A stretch of 52,245 nucleotides of DNA, counting the filler, from Catajapyx aquilonaris (lineage: Eukaryota): the NCBI GenBank assembly GCA_000934665.2. It is 2 parts of 2 records of this genome, joined end to end, with 100 filler letters (N's around TTAATTAATTAA, not from the genome) between each part and the next. Parts side by side here need not be neighbours in the genome. Positions count along the whole stretch, not along the records: positions 1 to 26,589 come from KZ539335.1; 1 more part is not named here. One strand, 5' to 3'. Made by a program: the position numbers and the translations under genes. A model generated the notes under the pieces. It was given only the letters and a program-made list of their open reading frames with translations. It was not told the origin of the DNA and did not search any database. This document shows, in pieces, positions 1-17,412 of the stretch (position 1 is the stretch's first letter; the number at the start of each line of letters is the position of its first letter).

Positions 1-132
1 GGGGGTCAAGGAGGCCATGTCCGCGCAATTTTTAGGGGGGGAGGTAAGATATTGTCCGCTTCTGTCCGCAAAGGGGAGGGGGGGAGGTAAAAAAGTGAAA
101 AAATCTGTCCGCGCGGATTATGGACGGCCCCT
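1..132. mobile_element. Right end of a PIF/Harbinger-like MITE, truncated by the window edge
   Basis: Ends in TTATGGACGGCCCCT followed by TAG. The reverse complement (AGGGGCCGTCCATAA) matches the start of a related element at ~5441 (TAGGGCCGTCCATAA). G-run-rich interior. Confidence 0.5.
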
Positions 133-1502
133 TAGCTATTCCAAGGTATCTGTATAATACTGATGCTTGAAGTTAAATAGACTCCAGGAAAATGGTATTG
201 CCATTTATTTCTCCTTTTACTGCCAAATGGTTCAAGACAATCATCTTTTATGTAATTTTTTTGCATGGTCCAGTATTGTTTGTACATGTTAAAACACCAA
301 AAAAGTAAGACTGCATCATTCTGCAGATGTAGGGAATTTTCTTTTACAATGTTGTGCCCTGAATTATTCGGCAAAGCTGTCAATAGGACCATGCATTTAA
401 CAAGTTGCGTTTCAGTATATTGAGTCTTGGTTGAGACAGATTTTGCAGACACCTAGACACTAGGTACATATTGTAACATGCCACCATGTACAAACAACTC
501 TGAATATTACTTTATACGGTATGTACATTTGCATGGTATACATGTGACTGCAATATAGCATTAGAAATTTCCAGTAACTGCTATTGCAAGTTCATGAGAA
601 GGTACAGGCAAAAGTGGGTCAGATGGCAACATTAATGGGGAAATTTCAGCTTATAAGCACAGAAATAATGTTGGATTATTATTGCCTGCACATACCATTT
701 GAACTACTGTAACAGCAGAAAATCAAGGGATACTCTGATTCACCCTGTGCATGAGTGTGTATGTGTGTGTGTGCATGTGTAACATGTACCAGTTTCTTTA
801 AAAAAAAACACACACACACAATGGCATACCTGTACAATACACATCTAACAAGGTGAACCGTGTCTGTAATTGTAACTTTCAATAACAGGGTTCACTCAAA
901 ATCAAGGGATAACATCAATGAACTTAAAACAAGTACAAACTGATGGGAGCTTCCACTATGGCAAACAGCACATCCATCAAGGCACTCAAACAGTAACACA
1001 AACACAGGGCAGTCCACTGTATAACTGAACTTGATATTTAAAAACCTCATTTCACTTTTCTAATGAGGGGGTGCAATTCAAGTGCTGCCCACTCATCCAA
1101 GTCCAAAACTATTCTCACAATAGTTGTGAAACCAGAATAGTTAACCATTCTCCTAAGAATAAGCAACATCACCACTATGAGTGTTTTAGAATTATGCTTA
1201 CATCTGTATAAGTTGAAACGTCATAAACTCGAATGCATTAAATTAGTGCTCCTGTAGTGCCAAATCTTAGTAAGCCAGAATATCTGATCAAGCATTCCCC
1301 CACACACCCTTACACTGTCTTTTTCCTTCTACCCTTTCATCCCTTGTGAGGGTGTCAACAGGGCCAATGGGCACTTCAACCAACACAGATATAAGCTTAA
1401 TTCTATAACACTTTGTATTAATCCTTTCAAATCGTGAAACCTGACTTCATCTAGGTAATTGAAGGGTCGCCCCGAATAATGTTGTAAGTGACATTGGTTT
1501 GG

Positions 1503-1598
1503 TCTAGCCACAGCCTCTGACGTAGCCTGTGTGATAAAAAATGTATTTAATATTAAATACATTTTATCACACAGGCTAGGTCAGAGGCTGTGGCTAGA
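1503..1598. repeat. Near-perfect ~96-bp loopless palindrome
   Basis: TCTAGCCACAGCCTCTGACGTAGCCTGTGTGATAAAAAATGTATTTAAT is followed directly by its reverse complement, with one substitution and a 2-bp difference in the A-run. Confidence 0.9.
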
Positions 1599-3320
1599 AT
1601 CAGGTGCATGGTATATCAGATATCCAAACTGGCTCTTTATGAAGGCAATAAAATTGTGTAGGATGATTAGCTCTCTATGAGGCTTGTTTAGGAAATAGGT
1701 CAACCAACTCTTCAGGCTGCCTATGGAACATGATCCTAAAGTAGGGGATTTTCTTGTTATGCTGCTAGTTATCTTTCCAGTCAGGTCTTATTAAACAACT
1801 TCATAGGACCAATAAAAAACATTATACATACATCTTTATTGTAGTAAGTTACTTGACCAAACTTGGTTAAACTCAGTTAAAGCAATGGGACTGTTTTAGT
1901 GTTAAATACAATTGTCATTAAACTCAGCATGGCATGGTCTATGTCAATGACCAAGCCACCATGCAGGTAAGTGGGGTAATTTAATATGCTTCTCTCTCAT
2001 GGGGACCAGAAAGAGAGCTGGTGGATGAGGTGGTGTTTCACAGTAATGCCCCTCTAGTTCTGTGTCAAGTAGGATTTATGGTAGATTAACCACTTGCGAA
2101 ATAAACTAAAAGGCCAATCATGAATTATTACACTTCCCCTCCTAGTCACTCCTCAACCTCCCACACAACTTTATATACAAGGTCCAAGTTTTCTACACCA
2201 AATAGAGAAAATATGGTAAGGGTATTGTGCTAGATGTCCAACAAGAGTCCACTACAACTTTACTTATTAATAATGTGAATGTGTAATTCAAGAAAAAGAA
2301 TCATTTGACATATTTTGGCTGAAGAAACCTGTTTCTTAGGTGATCACCTTATTTATTGCACTTTCTATGCTTATGAGCCTTATTCAAAGAATTCAATACA
2401 TGCACCCCAAGGCAGCCTGTAGCTAAGAGTAGAGCTACTCCCAAGGTAATTGGTACCTTTTTGGTTTCAGTATTCATTCCTTTAGTTACCCAGTCTTGTA
2501 ACTCTGGATGGTGACTTGAATTGCAACCCTTCTTCAATGACATGTAAAACAGAGGAAGGTAGTGTCTCCAGAAGAACAAACTTTGACACACATGAAACAT
2601 AATTATAGCCTGTCAGACAATTGAGGTAAGGTACCATACTTTTAAAAGCTTGGCTCTAGCAAGTGTTTTTTAAACACATGACCAAATAAGCATTGCATTT
2701 TTCCAGCCAATGTTACAAAACACTGCTGCACTGGACACATTTTCTGCACATTGCAATGATCAGCAGGCTGTCAACCGTAAACATTTGCAAGTGTGTGCTT
2801 ATATGAATGGTGCACTACTTCAGTGTAATATCACATCTCCAACAGGGTGTTTTTCTGCCCAAGTTGCAAAGGAGAGGCAGGGAAGAGCTGATGGATTTGT
2901 CACTTCTGATCTGCATTCAAATTCTAATCCAGACTTGCCTAAAATTTACTGTCTTCCTTTACCTGCATGCTATCTAGTTTGTTCACATGCCAGGGGTGAT
3001 AACTTATCAACTCTCCCCCACCTCCCACCTGTGAATCATCAACTTGGGCAGAAGAACAGCCTGTTCATATTGGCAAGGCTCAAAAAAAGCCATACATTCC
3101 AAGGCCAACAGAAATAATATCATGTCCATTCAATGAATAAAATTATCTTAGCAAGCAGAAAAGAAAACTTTTTTCAAGTGTCTTCATGTCAAATTCTGCA
3201 TGTGACGATGTATTTATGCCAGGCAAAAAACCTCAGATAATTTCTGTCATGTATAATACATCTTTAATGGCCGAGCTCTAAGAAACCCATAACTATGATG
3301 CTCTTGAATAAAATGGTGTA

Positions 3321-3711
3321 TAGTCTGACCAGAAGCTAAAGAGAGTTGGTGGGTTTTCCCCATCAACCCAAAATCCCCCACCGCCACCCCACCCCCTCGA
3401 AAATGCCCACTTCCCAAAAATCTTAATCCGCAACAAGGTTCGGAAAGGTCAGTTTAGAAGGAGACACCGTAATTGTGGATCTGTGTTTATTATACGTATA
3501 AGAAATTGTAATAAGGCACACGACCGCACAACCCTGTTCCAAGATTTGTACTGCTGATGGGCAACACCGTATTCCGGTCTGACCTTTCCCAACCCTTTTG
3601 CAGATTAAAATTGTCGGGAAGTGGGGCATTTTCGAGGAGGTGGGGTGGCGATGGGGGATTTTGGGTTGATGGGAAAAACCCACCATCTCTCTTTAGCTTC
3701 TGGTCAGACTA
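3321..3711. mobile_element. MITE with ~100-bp terminal inverted repeats, TA-flanked
   Basis: TAGTCTGACCAGAAGCTAAAGAGAG... at the left end and ...CTCTCTTTAGCTTCTGGTCAGACTA at the right end. Inverted similarity extends ~100 bp. TA on both flanks. Superfamily not assigned. Confidence 0.85.
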
Positions 3712-4402
3712 TATCATATTATTTGTGTAATATAAAACTTGGGACACTTAATTAGTTTTAAAACTCTTTTTGACTACTGGAAAACCTGCAGTACAAACAT
3801 TACATCTTCTTTGTCAATATTAGTCAAATTCCAGTAAGAATCTCTCTCAAAATGAAATTCAGAAAACCCTTTCTAGAGTGACGTGTCCCTGCGACATACA
3901 AAACTCCTAACAAATATTTATTTTCATCAATTTTTTGGAAGTTATTTTAATTATTTTATTCGAATATTGCAACAGTCAAAATATTCTGTGTTATGCTTGC
4001 TTGGCTGATGTTAATAACATTTACTAGGCTGAATGCAAAAATTCTAATATTAAAAAGTAATACTTGAAGAACACTGTCAAGAAATGCACAAGCAGCCTCC
4101 ACCTGCAACAAAGGGAGGGAAGAAGAACAGGATTTTTTTCAGGCTTGACACAGAATGCAATATGAGTCACAGTACATGTCATGTTTGTGCTGCTAAGGAG
4201 ACACTCCATACAGTATCTATTAAGTTTTCTTTGTTTCACATGCCCAATGACAAGTCCTGTCACTCGCTAGGCAAAGCCGTCTTGCCTTTTAGCGTGAAAA
4301 GCCAAAAATTTATGTAAACTGCCCTGGTGAACCATCAAGTGAACAAGAAAGCGATGCAAAGGAAGGTAGTGTCCAGTGAAAACCTTCCCAAACTCCACTC
4401 AC

Positions 4403-10437
<6,035 letters not shown>

Positions 10438-10596
10438 CTGCAATGAAATATCTTGGTAAATGGATGTTCCATAAAAATTAACAGGTTAATAGATGTTCAA
10501 AGTGTCTTAAGCACTAGACAAATCAACCATTTATTGTACATTATGCTGTAGTAAGTAGCAAGCAATATTGCTTCTAGTCTTTGTAATCCTGTAAGA

Positions 10597-10838
10597 CAGT
10601 GGTTCCCAACCTGGGGGTCGCGAAGCCTTTTCCGGGGGATCGTGCGTGCCCGCGGTAATTTTTATGAAGTAAAAAATGACTAAAATCTTTAAAAAATCAT
10701 AACAAGTTTATAGGAAATTTCATTGCCACGTTGTTTTTTTTCAACGCCTACTAACACTGGAGGAAGCGGGGGAGGGGTCGCAGGCCACTTGACTATCATA
10801 AAAGGTGGTCGTGACTCAAAAATGGTTGGGAACCACTG
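10597..10838. mobile_element. hAT (Charlie-like) MITE
   Basis: TIRs CAGTGGTTCCCAACC / GGTTGGGAACCACTG. 8-bp TSD CTGTAAGA (10589-10596) / CTGCAAGA (10839-10846). Confidence 0.9.
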
Positions 10839-10879
10839 CTGCAAGATAACAGAATGGTGGGGAGGGTGACAATTTGCTG

Positions 10880-11731
10880 ACAAGGGACAGTTCCCGGATG
10901 ATAATGACGGATCTTGATGAAACCTAACATGCTAATACAGGACAATATATGATGACGAAAAATCAAATATTTCGGGCTGAGGCACATATTTGCAAAAGTT
11001 ATGACGTCTTAAAGTGCCAAAAATAATACATTTTCATTTTCATACACAATGGGATTACATTAGAGACCACATACAATGACATTGAAGTGTGTAAACAGTT
11101 TTTAGATTTTTTCTCATCGGAAAAAAGTCTTATAGAACGGCTCTGTCCGTCCATCCATCCGTCTGTGGACACGTACCAAGGCTTAAACCGTAACAGATAG
11201 CGACAAACAGTTTTCATATTCGGATTAAGAGTGACCAAAATATGTTTCATGGTCAACTTCCGGTGACTCCCCACTTCCGGTTTTCCGGGTTCACTCTATC
11301 CGCACAAGTCCGTCTACTTTACGGGCGGTTTAGTAAACCGGAAGTGGCAGGTCACCGGAAGTTGACCATGAAACCTATTTTGGTCACGCTTAATATGAAT
11401 ATGAAAACCGTTTGTCACTATTTCTTACAGTTTAGGCTTTGATACCTGTCCACAGACGGACGACGGATGGACAGAGCCTTTCTATAAGACTTTTTTCCGA
11501 TGAGAAAAACTCTAGAAACTGTTTACACACTTCAATGTCATTATATGTGGTCGCTAATGTAATCCCATTGTGTACAAAAATGTATTATTTTTGGGACTTT
11601 AAGACGTCATAACTTTTGCAAATATGGGCCTCCGCCCAATATATTTCACTTTTGGTTATCATATATTGTCCTGTATTAGCATGTTAAGTTTCATCAAGAT
11701 CCGTCATTATCACCCGGGAACTATCCCTTGT
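10880..11731. mobile_element. ~850-bp fold-back (palindromic) element
   Basis: Termini ACAAGGGACAGTTCCCGG... and ...CCGGGAACTATCCCTTGT. Inverted arms of ~400 bp surround a short centre near 11300. Confidence 0.9.
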
Positions 11732-12007
11732 GAGCTGATATCCACTTTCATTTCGTATTTGATAGTCACAAGCAGTGTTTTAATGGCCCACAATTGTCGG
11801 CTTTTTTTGGGGGGGGGGGGGAGGGAGGCCTTTTTCTGAGATCATGGAAAATTGAATTTTTTTAACCTTGCGTTTTTTTACTATTGACAACTATATGTAA
11901 AAGAACAATAAATTTGTAACAACTTTGGTGTATAACCCCTATCAAAAAGGCATTCACCTTTGTTTTCATTATTAACATTTCATTGAGTTACAGGTCAAAT
12001 TAATCAC

Positions 12008-12052
12008 TTTTGTGCTCTGAAATGTATCTGATGGTAATGTTTCATTATCCAT
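12008..12052 (-). CDS. Candidate first coding exon of PPIP5K (MDNETLPSDTFQSTK)
   Basis: ATG in GACATGG context and a phase-0 donor AAA|GTGATT compatible with the exon starting at 10437. An alternative donor AAG|GTGAAT lies near 11957. No homology support. Confidence 0.3.
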
Positions 12053-12148
12053 GTCCTCGAAAAATTACTGCAATATATGCCTGACTACTCCTTGACCGCG
12101 ATGTAAAAGCACTTTAATCATACCAAGATCAACCCTCATTTTTATATG

Positions 12149-12949
12149 CAGGGTGAAGGGAAACTCGCGCCCAATCTTCAGGTAGACTGATAGTACTCGC
12201 AAAACTACTATAGGGATGTGCAATTAGTTTTAGGCGGCGTAGCGTAGTTAATGCGTATGGCGCCTTTAAAATTTCGTGACGTCACATCCGCTCCGCCACA
12301 GTTTCAAAGAAGCAAAAGCTAGCTCGAGGGCCTCCGAATAATCCGGCCTTGGTTCCCTAACGCATCGTCCATGTGCAATAGGCGATGAAATACAGCAAGG
12401 CCGTACGGGTTCAACCCCCCCCTCCCCCCCCCCCCCCCCCCCGCCCCCCCGTCNNNNNNNNNNNNNNNNNNNNNNNNNNNNNNNNNNNNNNNNNNNNNNN
12501 NNNNNNNNNNNNNNNNNNNNNNNNNNNNNNNNNNNNNNNNNNNNNNNNNNNNNNNNNNNNNNNNNNNNNNNNNNNNNNNNNNNNNNNNNNNNNNNNNNNN
12601 NNNNNNNNNNNNNNNNNNNNNNNNNNNNNNNNNNNNNNNNNNNNNNNNNNNNNNNNNNNNNNNNNNNNNNNNNNNNNNNNNNNNNNNNNNNNNNNNNNNN
12701 NNNNCCCCCCCCCCCCGAACAAAAATCCTGCGTACTGCCTTGAAATACAGTCAGAGTAAGAATCCGGGTGCGACACCAGTGCACTTTGTCGTTTTTACCT
12801 CATATTTTACCATCAAGCCCTCTACACTTTAAGGGCGCCGTACGCATTAACTACGCCACGGAGCCCAAAACTAATTTCACATCCCTATGTTAGTTTTGCG
12901 AGTACTATCAGTCTACCTGGCGATTGGGCGCGAGTTTCCCTTCACCCTG
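12149..12949. mobile_element. Tc1/mariner-type MITE spanning an assembly gap
   Basis: ~115-bp TIRs beginning CAGGGTGAAGGGAAACTCGCGCCCAATC and ending GATTGGGCGCGAGTTTCCCTTCACCCTG|TA. Confidence 0.85.
12454..12704. other. Assembly gap (N run)
   Basis: Run of N flanked by C homopolymers. Confidence 1.
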
Positions 12950-13097
12950 TATAATTTGAAATGTAAAGTGCACAAGAAGTGCTGAATGAGTAGTCAAGTT
13001 CACCAGAATTCGAGGTAGAGAGGCGCCTTGGGACTAAGTGTACAGATTTTGACCAATGTCGTAATGGCCACTTCTACACAATTATGACGATGATGAT

Positions 13098-13533
13098 GAA
13101 TACCCTGTGATAGGCCTACTTGGGCTTTTTAGGGGATCACCAGTCAATAACCTACTTTAATCATCACTGCCTGTGCTGCGATGGTTTTTGATTGTGGGAG
13201 GAAACGAGCCCCGAGAAAACCTACGCGAATATGGAGAAAACCCATCGAAACTCTTTCCCCATAATTATATCCTCTCTCCGGGGCGACACGGTGGCCAAGT
13301 GGTTAGCGCCGCAGCCTTCCACCTCTAAGGTCCCGAGTTCGATCCCAGGGTCGGACGGAGGATACTTATGTGGATAGAGTTTCGATGGGTTCTCTCCGTG
13401 TTCGCGTGGGTTTTCTCGGGGTTCTCCCGTTTCCTCCCACTATCAAAATCCATCACATTACAGGCAAATGGTTAAAGTCGGATATTCAAAAGATGATCCC
13501 CTAAGAGGCCCAAGGGACCTATCACGGGGTATC

Positions 13534-13592
<59 letters not shown>

Positions 13593-13673
13593 CCTCTCTC
13601 CGACCCGGGAATTGAACTCGGGCCCTCAGAGGTGGATGACTGTGGCACTAACCACTACACCACAGTGACGCCC
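13098..13673 (-). mobile_element. SINE family A copy interrupted by a second family A copy
   Basis: The 3' part (13098-13280) and the head (13603-13673) are colinear once the inner copy and one TSD copy are removed. Confidence 0.85.
13281..13585 (+). mobile_element. Full-length SINE family A (V-SINE-like) with TSD
   Basis: GGGCGACACGGTGGCCAAGTGG (A-box), GAGTTCGATCC (B-box), V-like core, (ATT)n tail. TSD ATTATATCCTCTCTCCG at 13264-13280 and 13586-13602. Confidence 0.92.
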
Positions 13674-13675
13674 TC

Positions 13676-13730
<55 letters not shown>

Positions 13731-14103
13731 TGAACAACCAGCAAACCTGTCCTGTCGGCAATCTGTTGCATCCCCCCCCCCCCTTTTCAATTATCTGCGA
13801 GAACCTGACCAGGCTTCAGATATTTTTTTGTATATGTACGTATTTGGTCATATGAGGATATTGAGGACCTCCTCCTCCATATCCGCTGGCAACCCCATAT
13901 CTGTTTGGGAAACGCCGTGAAGAAGATGATGATGATTATTATTATTATACAATCTCGAAACGCTATTAGAATTTTTTCATGTTACTCGCTCACAGTATGT
14001 GCTAAATAACATATGAATAGCCCATCTGGTTTAGTTTTATCATTCCGTACTTCCGACTTGGAAAGCTGGATATCGTCCCCGTCAGCCTGTTGGCGCGCAT
14101 GCA

Positions 14104-14300
14104 CATACACTCTCGTTCAGTCTCAACTTCATAGCTGAGAAAATATGCTTTTTCCATTTAAAAACCGCCCTAATTTCCACTAAAAAATAAAAAAATCCGT
14201 TTTCCACTTCTTGTAGTGGAAATTAGGTCGGGTTTAACCGGCAAAAAAATATATATCACTTTCTCTCCCACACAGTGGAAACTGAACGAGAGGGTATATG
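14104..14300. mobile_element. Short MITE-like inverted-repeat element
   Basis: CATACACTCTCGTTCAGT at the left and ACTGAACGAGAGGGTATATG at the right. Confidence 0.55.
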
Positions 14301-14475
14301 ACTCAAGGTTATATTCACGGAACTTCAGTTCCCGTACTATACAGTACAACGCAAGTGTCCTCCTTCCAGTGCAGCATTGCCGCTAACGTACTGTACTTTA
14401 TGTGCGAAAAAGTCACATTTACGTGCGCGAAATTTCACCTACTAAATAGGCTGCGCATGGCAATTTAAGGGCCGG

Positions 14476-14571
14476 TTGCGTGATCGATGGTAAACTCAGA
14501 ACAAGTTACTAATCCTATGTGAATTACATACGGATCAACAACTTGTTCTGGGTTTACCTTCGATCACGCAA
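14476..14571. repeat. Palindromic MITE-like element (32-bp arms)
   Basis: TTGCGTGATCGATGGTAAACTCAGAACAAGTT versus AACTTGTTCTGGGTTTACCTTCGATCACGCAA. Confidence 0.75.
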
Positions 14572-17369
14572 GGTTCCGCGCCTAACCACCAACACTGCAT
14601 ACATGAATGGCACCATCGGTCGTCACGGTACGGACAAATACGGAAGGAAACAGCGTCGCGGTTTAATTCCTAGCGTATAGAGACCTGACACGAGTGGGTA
14701 GCAACAATTGAAGCACATGAAAACAGAATAATTTTCAAAAAACATGTATAAGTGGTCCATATCAGGAATGATCAATAATACGTGAAGTCTTCCCGAAGTG
14801 TAATACACGCAACTGTTGTGCATTTGCTGGTTTTTTTGTTTTGTTTATTACGTTGCGATTGTAGGCTGTCAATAGTATTTTCGTAGCAATGTGCTTGGAG
14901 CCAGTTCAAGGACTCAAGGAGGCTCGTGCCCGCTCGTGCCTCATATGCACGTTTCTGGGTCAAACAACACTAAACACCCACATTCCATAAAACTAGAACA
15001 CTTTTATCAACCCATCACTGATGCTGTCTGAGAACTAAAGAAGTGTAATTTAATGTCCCCCGCAATATCGTTTGATAACGCTTTCTCATATTCATGGCTT
15101 GTGAAGATCGTTACTGACGTCTCAATGGGTGAATCACATCCGAGTGTGCCGGAACATACTGTAGGTAGATTCGCATGGACCGAAACGACTGTCAATGACA
15201 ACCCCGGAACTCTGTTGTAACGATGCGAGTACAAACATGTAGTCCTCAAATAACTACTTAAAAAGCATGTTTCACACTGATCTGAACAAATATGGAAGCA
15301 TGTGCAGATATATCCCTTCAATACATTATTTTCTATATTATTCGCGTTGTCGTAGTTCAGTTGTACATTGCCATGCACCTGTGCCGTTTCGTTTGTGTTG
15401 CTACATATATATGCGCCCACTAAAAACCAGAAACGTATTTAGCAGTCCGCGCTCAGAATACCGTACAGGCGTATATTATGCTCGTTTCCTTAAATGTCAG
15501 ATTTCGGAATATGAGTGCCGGGAACCGAAGCAACTGTGGCAATCCGGGCTGATATGGGTTTCAGATCACGTGCGCAAATGGGAATGAGCCGGGCTGATCC
15601 CACGCTTCCGGAATGTGAACCTTCAAAATATGAGCTTTCGGAATAGGCCTATGAATTTAAGCGCGACCTTCGCCTTGAGGCTCCAGCGAAACACCTTGTG
15701 ACTCGGCGCCTGTAATCTTATACCCATGCAGACACATGATTACAATATAAGCCATTAAGACAAAAAAGTAAATAAAAGTAACCATTTTTAAATAATAAAA
15801 AAGCTAATTTCGAATCAACCCTCTGCCATCGTGACCCCTAAGCAGTAACCCCGACTCGACAGCCAACTCCGTAGTATCCCCTTTATTCGCGCAATCGCGG
15901 TGCATTCGCGCAAAGGACTAGCCAATATGGGAAGCTAATAGTTTGGAAAAATCTGGTCAACTTGGAATGGAAGAATGTTTGCTGATTTTGCTGAAAATCT
16001 GCACAACTCTAATCCTCGGATCACTGATGGCCCTCCTGCTGCTTACGGTAAGAAATACGGCAACATTAACGGGATATCGAGCTGCCGTGATACGTAACCT
16101 TATTGATACACACCATAATACGCAAGGGTCATGTAACTCATGCCTGGCGAAGGTGAAAGGTGCATGTGCCACCAATATTCACGATCTGAATCGCACCATG
16201 CTATATTTGCGCCATGCAACAAGTTGACGCACAACCTTTCGCAAAACATTTTTATTCTGGGGTTGGCCTGAATACCCTTTTCTCCCTCATGCAGCTGGTA
16301 CCGTACATAACGCAACAAAACAACAACAAAGTCAGTACATATATGTCTGAATCCACGTGTTCAACGCAATATTGCCAAAAGGTTCGTACTTATTGATCAC
16401 TCCCGGTTTCCTCTCGGGTGTGACCCACCCTTGTCGAAAAGGGGGGGGGGGGGGNGGGGGGGGGGGGAAAGTCCTCACGTGACCTTGTACCAGTTTATGT
16501 ACGACACCGACCACAATGACTTCCGACTAACGTCCTTGCATTTTCGCACATGTTTGTTGTTTGTCCTTGACTTAAATGCTCAGCTAGTGCACCTGTTGAC
16601 CCTGACCTGTCTTCCTTCGCCTCACCTTACCGGGCCTGCTACACAACACAGTTACAGCATCGCCGGATCACAACACACTCCATGCGGCATTCCGTGGTCA
16701 TACCGTAGTGTGGTTCCCGCCAAATTCACCAGTACTCACGCGAGGCAAATTTAAATCCACATCAGCCTAATTTTTAATAATAATCAACCCCCTTTAGCGC
16801 ATTATTTTTTAAAAAATGCACTTACGCCACATTGCTGACAATACCACCACGGGCCTTCCTCGTCGTACCAGAACATCGGGACCACACAAGTGTGCACATA
16901 AGGGGCCGTGCACTTTTGGCAAAAGGGTCGGGCAAGCCGCCAATGTTAGGTCGTCACCACCAAAAAATTGCCTATTTAGGCCACTTTCACTCCCATTTGC
17001 TATTCACAAAAGTAAAATGGAGCAAGTTCGCAAAAAGTACAAAGTCAGCGAGTAAAAAGTCAAAGTGACCGACTAGGACGGGCCCTAATCTCCTTATGAA
17101 GCGATGCGAGCTTGGTATGGGTATGTATGTGTGTATGTATGTAGCCAAGCCACCGCGGAGTAAGTCCTGCGCCGGCGCAGAAAAACATTCAGAGCCCGTG
17201 ACGAACGTTGCCACACCGTCGCGTCGTCGAAACACATCGACCGACACCATCGTTGCCCCAATGCCAAGGCTCCCACAGAGTCTTCGAACAATCGGGCAAT
17301 AATGGATTCCCAAAATAAGGCCCCTGCACTATTTATATATGATGGCTCCCGGACAGATTTGCGGGGGGN

Positions 17370-17410
<41 letters not shown>
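17370..17410. repeat. (GA)n microsatellite
   Basis: Directly visible. Confidence 0.95.

Positions 17411-17412
<2 letters not shown>

Noticed and set aside
12266..12784. Long ORFs containing X runs
   Set aside because: Open only because they span an assembly gap.
13839..13900. Possible minus-strand micro-exon (YGVASGYGGGGPQYPHMTKY)
   Set aside because: Plausible acceptor but weak donor, with no homology or partner exons.
15007..15420. 137-aa ORF containing VPGLSLTVV, reminiscent of beta-lactamase-like proteins
   Set aside because: No following GYG or SxxK motif and no exon structure; probably chance.
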